The translations under genes were made by a program, and so were the position numbers. Of a DNA stretch of 64,000 nt, positions 27,640-35,154 are shown piece after piece. Below the pieces are notes generated by a model that ran no database searches, had not been told where the DNA came from, and saw only the letters and a list, made by a program, of their open reading frames with translations. The first letter of the stretch is position 1. The number at the start of each line of letters is the position of its first letter. Source of the DNA: a virus (taxonomy: Duplodnaviria > Heunggongvirae > Uroviricota > Caudoviricetes); IMG/VR virus record IMGVR_UViG_3300048904_000041, positions 37,544 through 101,543 of that record. The stretch is one strand, 5' to 3'.

Positions 27640-29793
27640 TTAGAACGGTACGTCATCATCATATGGGCCAACAACAGGCTCTACAACTACAGCTTGCTGC
27701 ACCACTGGTGCATCCTCTTCAAATTGAATATTTGATTGTTCAACCGGTGGTGCCTCTTCCAACATGTGTGCTGGCATCTTATCCCGTGCAGCAGCGGTTG
27801 CAGAAACAAATCCAAGTGGATAATCCTCTGGTGCTGGTGTACGTACATCTACGCGCTTAGGTGCCGGTTCAACAGGTTGTTGGACGTATCCGGTCTGTTT
27901 TGCAATCCAGTCGTCCATGTTCATCTGCTTACGAGTTTCTACGTCGTAGATCAGTTGCATGATTTCACCGGTCTCACCACCACGACACTTAGGCATGTCA
28001 ACGTGAGTAGTGTTCTTGATGATTGGGTCACTGTTCATCTTGTCACGGCTGATTACGATGTTGTATGCGGCAGACTGTACGAAAGTAGAGCTACCGAACG
28101 CATCATACTCAGATGCTTTACGCCACGATCCGTCAGAATTAACTGGTTTACGTGTGTGCAATACGTTGATGATTGTAACACCGGACTTAACAATTTGCTT
28201 CTGCCATTTCATGTGGTCTTCTTGAAGATCGCCACTAGTGCCACGCAGGATGTCAGTCAATACGTCAATTACAATGATACGGCAACCATGTTGGTGAATC
28301 AGTTTCTCAATCTGCTTCTCAAGCATCTTGATATCACCATCCCGCTCATCGAGAATCGAGAATCGAGGTTGACCAGTTTCGTCAGTGAGCAAATCATCGT
28401 ACAGCTCTTTTACTTTTGGTCGATCAAGGTATTCAAGGATATTACTACCCTCACCCAACCATAGCAAGTTCTTCTCAAGGTGTAAGCTGAGTTGGTCAAG
28501 TGTATATTGACCAGCAGTTGCCTCAAGAGATGCGATACCAACTTTCTCAGGTGCGTTGAACATCCAGAAGTAGTTCAGTCGGTTAACAATTGTCGATTTA
28601 CCAACAGACGTATCACCGATGATGTTTACGATAGAACCCTGACGGATACCACCTTTCATCGCATCTTGAACAGGTTTCCATTCTGGTGGGAGTGGAATAC
28701 GTGGACGTGTCAATTCCTCACGTACTGCATCCATCAAACCCGTGGACTCAGCAATACCAGATGCAATCAGTGGTTTGGCATTGTAAAAGTCGCGTGTGAA
28801 CTGACTTGCCTGATTATCTTCAAGCATTTTGTTAGGGTCTTTGTTCGTCCACAAAGCAATCTTAACTTTCTCTTTTGGGAGAACGGCTGCAATCGCTTCT
28901 GCTGCTTTTCGTCCTGCTTCGTCGTTGTCCATGCCGATGATGATCTGTTCATACATGTCACAGAAAGAGTAGTTAGCTGCAATCTGTTTCACTGCACTGT
29001 TTTCACCACAAGTCGGACTAACAACATGTACTTCAGCTACTTGAGGTTTACCTTTACGGTTATCTTCAAGCATCTGATAAGCTGCAACCTTGTCCTCTTC
29101 ACCACCAACGATCAACAGATATTTGCTGTAACCGCTATATACGGCCTGACCAGACAGTTGGTTCTTCCCACCAGTCTTACCGACATTCCCATAACTGAAG
29201 TCTTTCGGGTGATTGCGACACTTATAACCAGCCAGCTTACCTTTACTGTTCGTCTCAGGGTAGTGACGACTAATGACGTTACCTTGATCGTCCTTTTTAG
29301 TAATGTGACCGAACTTCTTCAGATACTCATCTTTGATACCTCGGTAACCTAAACCTTGATACCACGCAACCTTATTACCGTTAATTACTTTATTTGCACT
29401 ACCTACGAATGCTACAACTTCTTCACGTGGCATTTCTGGTAGGCAATCAGACGATACTACTTGTACTTCACTCACTTTCTCTTTCTCCACTTTGAACTCT
29501 TCATATGTCATACCGAGAATGGAACACGCTTCATCGCGGCATTCTACGAATTGACCCGGCTCCCAATCATTAGGGTTGTAACCCTTCTCATGCCCAACCC
29601 AATCAATGATTGAACTACCAGCACCACATCCAAAGCAGTAAAACGTATTCTGTTCTGCATAGATGTTGTTTGAAGCACTTCGTTCTTTGTGGAACGGACA
29701 TGCGATTTTTTCGCTACCGTCATAATCTTTATGGTAATGCTTTACAATCTTTTGAATCAAACTCAAATCATCCTCCTTAGTAAAGCAAATCAA
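27640..29793 (-). CDS. bifunctional DNA primase/helicase (T7 gp4-like), acidic C-terminal tip …DDDVPF
   Basis: zinc ribbon CPFH...CFGCG, TOPRIM region, DnaB-type Walker A IIGDTSVGKST; C-terminus PYDDDVPF. Confidence 0.8.
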   Translation of the reverse strand: MICFTKEDDLSLIQKIVKHYHKDYDGSEKIACPFHKERSASNNIYAEQNTFYCFGCGAGSSIIDWVGHEKGYNPNDWEPGQFVECRDEACSILGMTYEEFKVEKEKVSEVQVVSSDCLPEMPREEVVAFVGSANKVINGNKVAWYQGLGYRGIKDEYLKKFGHITKKDDQGNVISRHYPETNSKGKLAGYKCRNHPKDFSYGNVGKTGGKNQLSGQAVYSGYSKYLLIVGGEEDKVAAYQMLEDNRKGKPQVAEVHVVSPTCGENSAVKQIAANYSFCDMYEQIIIGMDNDEAGRKAAEAIAAVLPKEKVKIALWTNKDPNKMLEDNQASQFTRDFYNAKPLIASGIAESTGLMDAVREELTRPRIPLPPEWKPVQDAMKGGIRQGSIVNIIGDTSVGKSTIVNRLNYFWMFNAPEKVGIASLEATAGQYTLDQLSLHLEKNLLWLGEGSNILEYLDRPKVKELYDDLLTDETGQPRFSILDERDGDIKMLEKQIEKLIHQHGCRIIVIDVLTDILRGTSGDLQEDHMKWQKQIVKSGVTIINVLHTRKPVNSDGSWRKASEYDAFGSSTFVQSAAYNIVISRDKMNSDPIIKNTTHVDMPKCRGGETGEIMQLIYDVETRKQMNMDDWIAKQTGYVQQPVEPAPKRVDVRTPAPEDYPLGFVSATAAARDKMPAHMLEEAPPVEQSNIQFEEDAPVVQQAVVVEPVVGPYDDDVPF

Positions 29794-30028
29794 CTTTGAA
29801 AATATAACCCTCTTTGATCATCTCACCTTTCAATTTGATTACATCATTGAACCAATTATAAGATTTACGACACTCGGCGGTTAACAATCCTTGAATACCG
29901 TTCATGCAAAGATAACTATTAGTCACCCATGCTTTATTCTGGTTGTCAGCTTCGATCAACTGTTCACGTGTCGGTGGTACATCAAAAATAGCACTCATAC
30001 TCGTTTCTCCATAAGACCTACGTTGCAT
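29777..30028 (-). CDS. hypothetical protein
   Basis: 83-aa ORF. Confidence 0.45.
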   Translation of the reverse strand: MQRRSYGETSMSAIFDVPPTREQLIEADNQNKAWVTNSYLCMNGIQGLLTAECRKSYNWFNDVIKLKGEMIKEGYIFKVDLLY

Positions 30029-30351
30029 TCAGGTAAGCCATCAAGACTAGCATCAAAGTCATCCCAAGACAAGTAGCAAGCGATAGCTGAAAGCTTCTCA
30101 ACCTCAGACCAACCATCTTTCACATTACTCGACATCCAACCACGAAGCTTGCGATATCGTGCTGCATCCAAGCGGTCGTTGCTTACATCGAGAATCGCAT
30201 TGTTCCAATTCTCAGCAGCTTGCTCACGTGAATCACCCGCTGATCCTTCGGCATTACAGTCTTGACATTGGACGTAATAGCACTGCCAACCGTAACAAAC
30301 TTCAGTATCGTCAGATTTACAGAAAGGACATGCATTAACAACAAGTTCCAT
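29995..30351 (-). CDS. Lar-family-like zinc-ribbon protein (putative restriction alleviation)
   Basis: start at MELVVNACPFCKSDD...CQDC; CPFC + CxxC spacing typical of Lar-like proteins. Confidence 0.4.
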   Translation of the reverse strand: MELVVNACPFCKSDDTEVCYGWQCYYVQCQDCNAEGSAGDSREQAAENWNNAILDVSNDRLDAARYRKLRGWMSSNVKDGWSEVEKLSAIACYLSWDDFDASLDGLPECNVGLMEKRV

Positions 30352-30365
30352 TATTTGCTCTCCAA

Positions 30366-30515
30366 AGCTGCTTGCCATGCTTCCCACGATTGCCGGGCAT
30401 GATCTGAAATGTACTCACCATTGTGCTTTTGAAGGTGCTTACCAATCTTACCGCGTTGGCGACCACACTCCCATTCGTATTTCTTGTTGTACCACGCTTC
30501 GAACTTTTCCATGAC
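30366..30515 (-). CDS. small hypothetical protein (MEKFEAWYNKKYEWECGRQRGKIGKH...)
   Basis: ORF below track cutoff, GGAGAG RBS, downstream of strong promoter TTGACA-17-TATAAT at 30538-30568. Confidence 0.35.
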
Positions 30516-30571
30516 ACTCTCCTGTCGGTTATGTCACGATTATAGACCTGCTGTTTGAGTCTGTCAACCTA

Positions 30572-30871
30572 TTATTTGTTGCTCAGACAGATTTTTGACA
30601 CATGTTCCTTGAAGCTCTGCATGGCATGTCGTTTGTTGGTTGTCAGTGCTCGCTCATAAGCCATGTCAATGATAGCCAAGCTTTCCTGAGAACTCACAAC
30701 TGACTGGATGGTCTTCTTATCACCACCGTTTTGACGGAATCGCATGGTGTCGTAGGCAATGTCAGCCTGTACAGCACAGTATTCCTGTTTGAAATTGACA
30801 TGTACAGTGTTTTCTGAAGCATGAACAGAAAGAGCCAGAAGGCCAAGGGTTGCCGCTAACAGTAATTTCAT
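30572..30871 (-). CDS. secreted/periplasmic small protein with signal peptide
   Basis: MKLLLAATLGLLALSVHA|SEN; promoter TTGACA-17-TACAAT at 30898-30926 and AGGAG RBS. Confidence 0.55.
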   Translation of the reverse strand: MKLLLAATLGLLALSVHASENTVHVNFKQEYCAVQADIAYDTMRFRQNGGDKKTIQSVVSSQESLAIIDMAYERALTTNKRHAMQSFKEHVSKICLSNK

Positions 30872-30947
30872 TTCGTTCTCCTAGTGATTGAGCGCCCATT
30901 GTACATCTCAGATTTAGATATGTCAAGCTTTTTCGTAGACAAAAGAA

Positions 30948-30969
30948 AACCCCGCACGATGGCGGGGCT
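30948..30969 (-). terminator. rho-independent terminator (CCCCGC-ACGATG-GCGGGG)
   Basis: hairpin + T-run on minus strand. Confidence 0.55.
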
Positions 30970-31136
30970 TCTGATGTTACTGAGCGCCTTTTGCGAAGAG
31001 TGGTTTACCCAACGCTGCTGCACGCGATTTCGGCATCTGTTCTTTGGTTGCAGTGTGACCTGCCGCTTGACGAATACCGTTACCTACGGTGGTTGCTTGC
31101 TTTCTCGTAGTGAACTTTTGCTTTACCAGCCATGTC

Positions 31137-31502
31137 TTACTCCTTATCTTTGATTTCTTTGATTTGTTGACGAACTTCACCTAATCTAATTTGAGCATTT
31201 TTGTGAGCTTCTTCAATCTTAGTGCGAGCTTCTTCCATTTTCGCATCCCAAACTTCGACATCTACAGGTTTACGCAATCTTGATTCGCGTAGTTCTTTTA
31301 CAGCGTAGTCAAACACCACATCATTCTTACGCACTTCACCTTTCGGCATGTAGCTCGGTTGAACTTGGAAGTAAACCAACAGTGCTAGAACACCAATTAC
31401 ACCAATGATGATCTTACCAACTTTCGAAGGTACAAGATATCGGATAGTCAAACCGAATACAATCACGATCAGATAAGGCAGTGCATTGTACAGAAAAACC
31501 AT
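31137..31502 (-). CDS. small membrane protein (2 TM + charged coiled-coil tail), co-operonic partner of SPFH lipoprotein
   Basis: start at MVFLYNALPYLIVIVFGL (GGAGAT RBS); hydrophobic helices then KEIKDKE-rich tail. Confidence 0.5.
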   Translation of the reverse strand: MVFLYNALPYLIVIVFGLTIRYLVPSKVGKIIIGVIGVLALLVYFQVQPSYMPKGEVRKNDVVFDYAVKELRESRLRKPVDVEVWDAKMEEARTKIEEAHKNAQIRLGEVRQQIKEIKDKE

Positions 31503-31553
31503 TTGAATCTCCAGTGAGATGCCCCGCCGCATATAGTCAACGGGGCTTTTACA

Positions 31554-32444
31554 TTACTTGATGTTGAGCAACATACCCGGTGCGTTTGCACCCATCACAG
31601 TTTGAGGTACGGTACCGTTCCACTTCTCAGCTTTGATCTGTTCGATTTCCAGCTCACGCATACGCAGATATTGTGGAGTCAGCGATTCAGCTACAGCACG
31701 TTGTTCGATTGCCTTGGTCTCAGCTTTCTCTTTCTCAATCTGACGTTGCAGTTGTGCTTCTTTCAACTCACGCTGCTGACGCACAGTGGAGATTTTCATC
31801 TCAGCTTCTTCACGCTCAATCTGCTCACGACGCTCTGCTGCTTTCTCTTGTGCAGTTGTAATGATCGGTGGCAGGATTACGTTACTCACACCAGCATAAA
31901 TAACTTGGAATGGGGTGCGATCAGCCATAACCTTTTGCAGAATAGTAGTCAGGTCTTGGTTAACCTTGTCAATATTCGAAGCAATCTCGCCGATTGTCAA
32001 CTGAGTCAGGTAAGCACGAACCTCAGCTTCCAGAATCGTTTTGCCGTAGGTGTTGTACACTGAGCGGCTGGTAATCAGCGATTGTTGAGAGCTATCACCC
32101 GGAGTCTGTGGAAGCTGTGCAAACAACGAGTTTGCTTTCTTCGGATCGATACGCAGAGTTGCTTCAATGTTCAGGTCAATATTCAACTTGTCAGCCGGGA
32201 TGTAAATCTTCAGCGGCTCGCTGTAACGGTTGTCGGTGGTATCCAGAACAACCAACTTGTCACAGTAAGCGTTGCAGAAAGGCAGTCGGAACTTCGAAGT
32301 TGGGATCAGGGTTTCTTGATAACCGTCTTTGGTCATAAGCTTACCAACGTGACCCGGTGGAACTTCAACCTTCTCACCACAACCAACCATCAGTGCACCA
32401 GCCAGAGCGATTGCTGCGAATTTCATCATGTTACGAACTTTCAT
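31554..32444 (-). CDS. SPFH/band-7 (stomatin/prohibitin/HflK-like) domain lipoprotein
   Basis: lipobox LMVGC|G after signal peptide; E/K/Q-rich coiled-coil region characteristic of SPFH C-termini; AGGAGAG RBS. Confidence 0.55.
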   Translation of the reverse strand: MKVRNMMKFAAIALAGALMVGCGEKVEVPPGHVGKLMTKDGYQETLIPTSKFRLPFCNAYCDKLVVLDTTDNRYSEPLKIYIPADKLNIDLNIEATLRIDPKKANSLFAQLPQTPGDSSQQSLITSRSVYNTYGKTILEAEVRAYLTQLTIGEIASNIDKVNQDLTTILQKVMADRTPFQVIYAGVSNVILPPIITTAQEKAAERREQIEREEAEMKISTVRQQRELKEAQLQRQIEKEKAETKAIEQRAVAESLTPQYLRMRELEIEQIKAEKWNGTVPQTVMGANAPGMLLNIK

Positions 32445-32470
32445 TTATCTCTCCTAATGATTAAAGTGTC

Positions 32471-32553
32471 AAGTCAAGAGTGGGATTCGAACCCACACGC
32501 CGTTCTCAGGCTGCCCGTATTAGGAGCGTTGTCTACCAATTCCATCACCTTGT
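32471..32553 (-). tRNA. tRNA (class II, Leu-like D-loop GGAATTGGTAGAC; T-arm GTGGG-TTCGAAT-CCCAC); anticodon not resolved by eye
   Basis: acceptor GACAAGG/TCTTGAC (one A-A mismatch), long variable arm GCC-TGAGAAC-GGC, starts ~12 nt after promoter -10. Confidence 0.55.
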
Positions 32554-32565
32554 CTTGATATGTCG

Positions 32566-32594
32566 CATTATACATCAGTTTGTTTACCCTGTCA
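32566..32594 (-). promoter_or_regulatory. consensus sigma70 promoter TTGACA-17-TATAAT driving tRNA-SPFH operon
   Basis: minus strand TTGACAgggtaaacaaactgatgTATAAT with AT-rich UP tract. Confidence 0.6.
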
Positions 32595-32598
32595 ACAA

Positions 32599-32868
32599 TT
32601 ATTTTTCAAAAAGTCTGTCGAAGCTTGGGCCGATGTTGCGAGCGAACAACCATGCACCAACGAACAGTGTGATTGCAAGCAGTAGTTCTGGTCGAGTTAC
32701 AATGTAAACTAAACCTGTTGCCAATGATACGCCGATGTCAGCAAGTAGCAACCCAACTGCAAACAGAATAGTGAATCCTGCAAACAGTGTCAATACCTTA
32801 ATCAAATTTTCTTTCATTTCAGCTCTCCAGCTCTTCAATTTGACGCTCAAGTTGGTTGATTTTATCAA
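32599..32868 (-). CDS. small membrane protein
   Basis: 89 aa, two long hydrophobic segments. Confidence 0.45.
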   Translation of the reverse strand: MIKSTNLSVKLKSWRAEMKENLIKVLTLFAGFTILFAVGLLLADIGVSLATGLVYIVTRPELLLAITLFVGAWLFARNIGPSFDRLFEK

Positions 32869-33148
32869 TCAGGTCTGTCTTAGACCAGTCATCGTAAGGA
32901 CATTCTTCTTTTTCGAAGTCATCGAACGATTGACGATATCGGTAAATGCTACCAGAAAGGTCGTCATGTGCAACCATCAATTCATTTTCGCGGAAGGCCA
33001 AAGCATTTGAGCCGATTGCGACAGACACATGTGAACCTGACACATAAACAACCTCACCAAACATATTACGATAACAGTGATATGCGTGGTTGAACGGCAA
33101 TGCTTTAACCTTTACCTTGTCACCTTTTACAAGCGGTCTGTAAGCCAT
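32819..33148 (-). CDS. hypothetical protein
   Basis: 109-aa ORF. Confidence 0.45.
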   Translation of the reverse strand: MAYRPLVKGDKVKVKALPFNHAYHCYRNMFGEVVYVSGSHVSVAIGSNALAFRENELMVAHDDLSGSIYRYRQSFDDFEKEECPYDDWSKTDLIDKINQLERQIEELES

Positions 33149-33149
33149 T

Positions 33150-33344
33150 TTAAATCCCCTTCATTGCAAATTCAATCGTTGCTGTTGTGAATACACCAAG
33201 CATACTAAACGACGTGTATGTGCCGATTGCAAACCAGATGATTCCAAGAATCTTGCCAGTGTAAATCTTGTAGACCAGCATTACCGCTGAGAACAAGAGG
33301 CACGACAGCATCAAGACAGACATTAAAACACCAAGTGAAACCAC
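33150..33344 (-). CDS. small membrane protein
   Basis: 64 aa hydrophobic. Confidence 0.4.
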   Translation of the reverse strand: MVSLGVLMSVLMLSCLLFSAVMLVYKIYTGKILGIIWFAIGTYTSFSMLGVFTTATIEFAMKGI

Positions 33345-33356
33345 TTGTCAATCCTC

Positions 33357-33530
33357 TACTAAAATATTGTAGATCGAAAGTGCAATTGCTATGCATACAC
33401 CTACAGGCCAGAACACACCCATCAGCAAAACAACCCACAGTTTTTCTTCGTTTGTATAAACCACATCACTGCGATTTAAACAAAGCATCATGATAGCAAT
33501 TCCTGCCAAAACATAAAGGAACATCAGTTA
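33357..33530 (-). CDS. small membrane protein (MFLYVLAGIAIMMLCLN...)
   Basis: ORF below track cutoff. Confidence 0.3.
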
Positions 33531-33766
33531 TTTCTCCTGTAGTTCACGTTCCAAATATAATCAGACACACCGTCTAAATACTCCTGAGACTTTAAACCAA
33601 TACTCACATCGGTGTCAAGATCCATTTTCATGTGTGCGATTGCAAAAGCGTGAAGCTTGTCACCTGTCATATGCGGATTAGGTAGTAGTGTTTCGACATC
33701 TGTGTAGATTTGATACTCTTTCTCAGCGGCTGTCAAGCCTTTCATGTAATCAGTTTGCTTATTCAC
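33524..33766 (-). CDS. hypothetical protein
   Basis: 80-aa ORF. Confidence 0.45.
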   Translation of the reverse strand: MNKQTDYMKGLTAAEKEYQIYTDVETLLPNPHMTGDKLHAFAIAHMKMDLDTDVSIGLKSQEYLDGVSDYIWNVNYRRNN

Positions 33767-33977
33767 CTTGATGCCTCAGCTTTTTCATGTATTTCTCGGT
33801 GGCTACCTTGATTCGTACAGCCTCATGCAACTGAGCTTGTAGGTAATTCAGGTAATCGTTTGTGTCCCAAAATGATGACATCTGTTTCTTTTCTTCGTCA
33901 ATCTGTTTCTTCAACTGTTTACACCGTTGCTTGATCCAGACAAGCATGTCATGGACACCATCACTCTTCTTACTCAC
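33759..33977 (-). CDS. hypothetical protein
   Basis: 72-aa ORF; last minus-strand gene before divergent promoter region. Confidence 0.45.
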   Translation of the reverse strand: MSKKSDGVHDMLVWIKQRCKQLKKQIDEEKKQMSSFWDTNDYLNYLQAQLHEAVRIKVATEKYMKKLRHQGE

Positions 33978-34121
33978 TACTCTCTCCTATTGACTTACAC
34001 TGCTCTTTAATCATGCTCATTGTTGGAGTACAGATAGACTTCCCCTTAAGGGATCGTCAAATCCCAAAGGAGTCATCTTCATGCTCACCGTAGCTAGCAC
34101 CCTCATTCATGAGGCACATAC

Positions 34122-34152
34122 ATAGTATGCGAGATAGGATAAGGATGTCAAC
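34122..34152 (-). promoter_or_regulatory. putative minus-strand promoter (TTGACA-18-TACTAT) in divergent intergenic region
   Basis: seen directly. Confidence 0.35.
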
Positions 34153-34345
34153 ACCTTTCTCCCGTGGTGCACAAATGCCGTTGACGACACCCGCGACGCT
34201 GCACCAGAACGCTCTTAACGTCCACTTCCACGTCATGTTGGCCTGCTATCTTCTTGCCTTTAAAACTGAGCCGGTGAGTGACTTGGACATATCTCTCTCA
34301 GTTCGAATCGCCCATTCTACAGAAATAAATCTTTTCTGTCAAGGG

Positions 34346-34373
34346 TTGACACCTTACGTCAGTCGTGTAAACT
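34346..34373 (+). promoter_or_regulatory. plus-strand promoter TTGACA-16-TAAACT for plus-strand island
   Basis: seen directly. Confidence 0.5.
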
Positions 34374-34544
34374 GATCGACATCAAATCAACGAACGAGAG
34401 ACTAACACATGACACTCTACATTGTAACCGTTCAAGGTCGATTCATCGACGTCTTCACCGTGAAGAAAGAAGCTGAAGCCTGCAAGCATTCCTTGTACAT
34501 GGCTGGTAACGACGGAATTCTAATCCAACCAAAGGTGCTTTGAA

Positions 34545-34787
34545 ATGTATTACAGAGTACAGTTTACCGACAGCACAGGCAAGCCAATCGACGAAGACGA
34601 TGTTCTTCTTGAGGAATCCAGTATGAAAGAAGCACGCTGGTATGCTGAACATCGTGCAAGCGGGGCGTATGGCTACACTGATATCCGTGGTGTTCACAGT
34701 GTTAAACGAATCAGCCGTGCTGAAGCTATTCAGATGTTCAACTCTAACTGTATTGCATGGGTCAACAAAGACCCCGAGGATTATTAA
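34545..34787 (+). CDS. hypothetical protein
   Basis: 80 aa, AAAGGTG RBS; first sizable gene of plus-strand operon (a 44-aa ORF 34409..34543 precedes it). Confidence 0.5.
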   Translation: MYYRVQFTDSTGKPIDEDDVLLEESSMKEARWYAEHRASGAYGYTDIRGVHSVKRISRAEAIQMFNSNCIAWVNKDPEDY

Positions 34788-34788
34788 A

Positions 34789-34959
34789 ATGAACGTATCA
34801 ATTCCTGTACACGTAATGATGGTGTTGATGGGTCAACTCCCACAAAATGATCGTTGGATGAAACAAGCTGCTCGCGAATACTGTCATCGTGAAATTAAGA
34901 AGCTGTTCCCGGAAGCAGGGCCATGGGTTAGTAAGGGGAAGAACAATGAAGACCGATAG
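34789..34959 (+). CDS. hypothetical protein
   Basis: 56 aa, starts 2 nt after previous stop. Confidence 0.4.
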   Translation: MNVSIPVHVMMVLMGQLPQNDRWMKQAAREYCHREIKKLFPEAGPWVSKGKNNEDR

Positions 34960-35107
34960 AAGCAAGACGATTAAGAATGGTGCAGGTCATGCATACACTG
35001 CTGACATCCGTCACTACAACGCACCAATCAAGAGTAAGGTAAAGACGCTTCCAGACAACCTTCACCTGACATTCTTGCAACGATTGAAAAAATGGTTGAC
35101 GGAATGA
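34946..35107 (+). CDS. small basic hypothetical protein
   Basis: 53 aa, AAGGGGAAGAACA-ATG. Confidence 0.4.
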   Translation: MKTDRSKTIKNGAGHAYTADIRHYNAPIKSKVKTLPDNLHLTFLQRLKKWLTE

Positions 35108-35154
35108 CCTGTTCCTGTAAAATGACCATCTTCCAAACAAATTGAGAGAGAGCA

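Noticed and set aside
27736-29352. 242-aa and 286-aa plus-strand ORFs
   Set aside because: Antisense to the primase-helicase gene. Cys/Phe-rich nonsense translations.
32471-32553. tRNA 3'-fragment as an attP core
   Set aside because: The element is full length (both acceptor strands, D, anticodon, variable and T arms) and sits 12 nt after a consensus promoter. That favours an expressed phage tRNA over an integration-site remnant.
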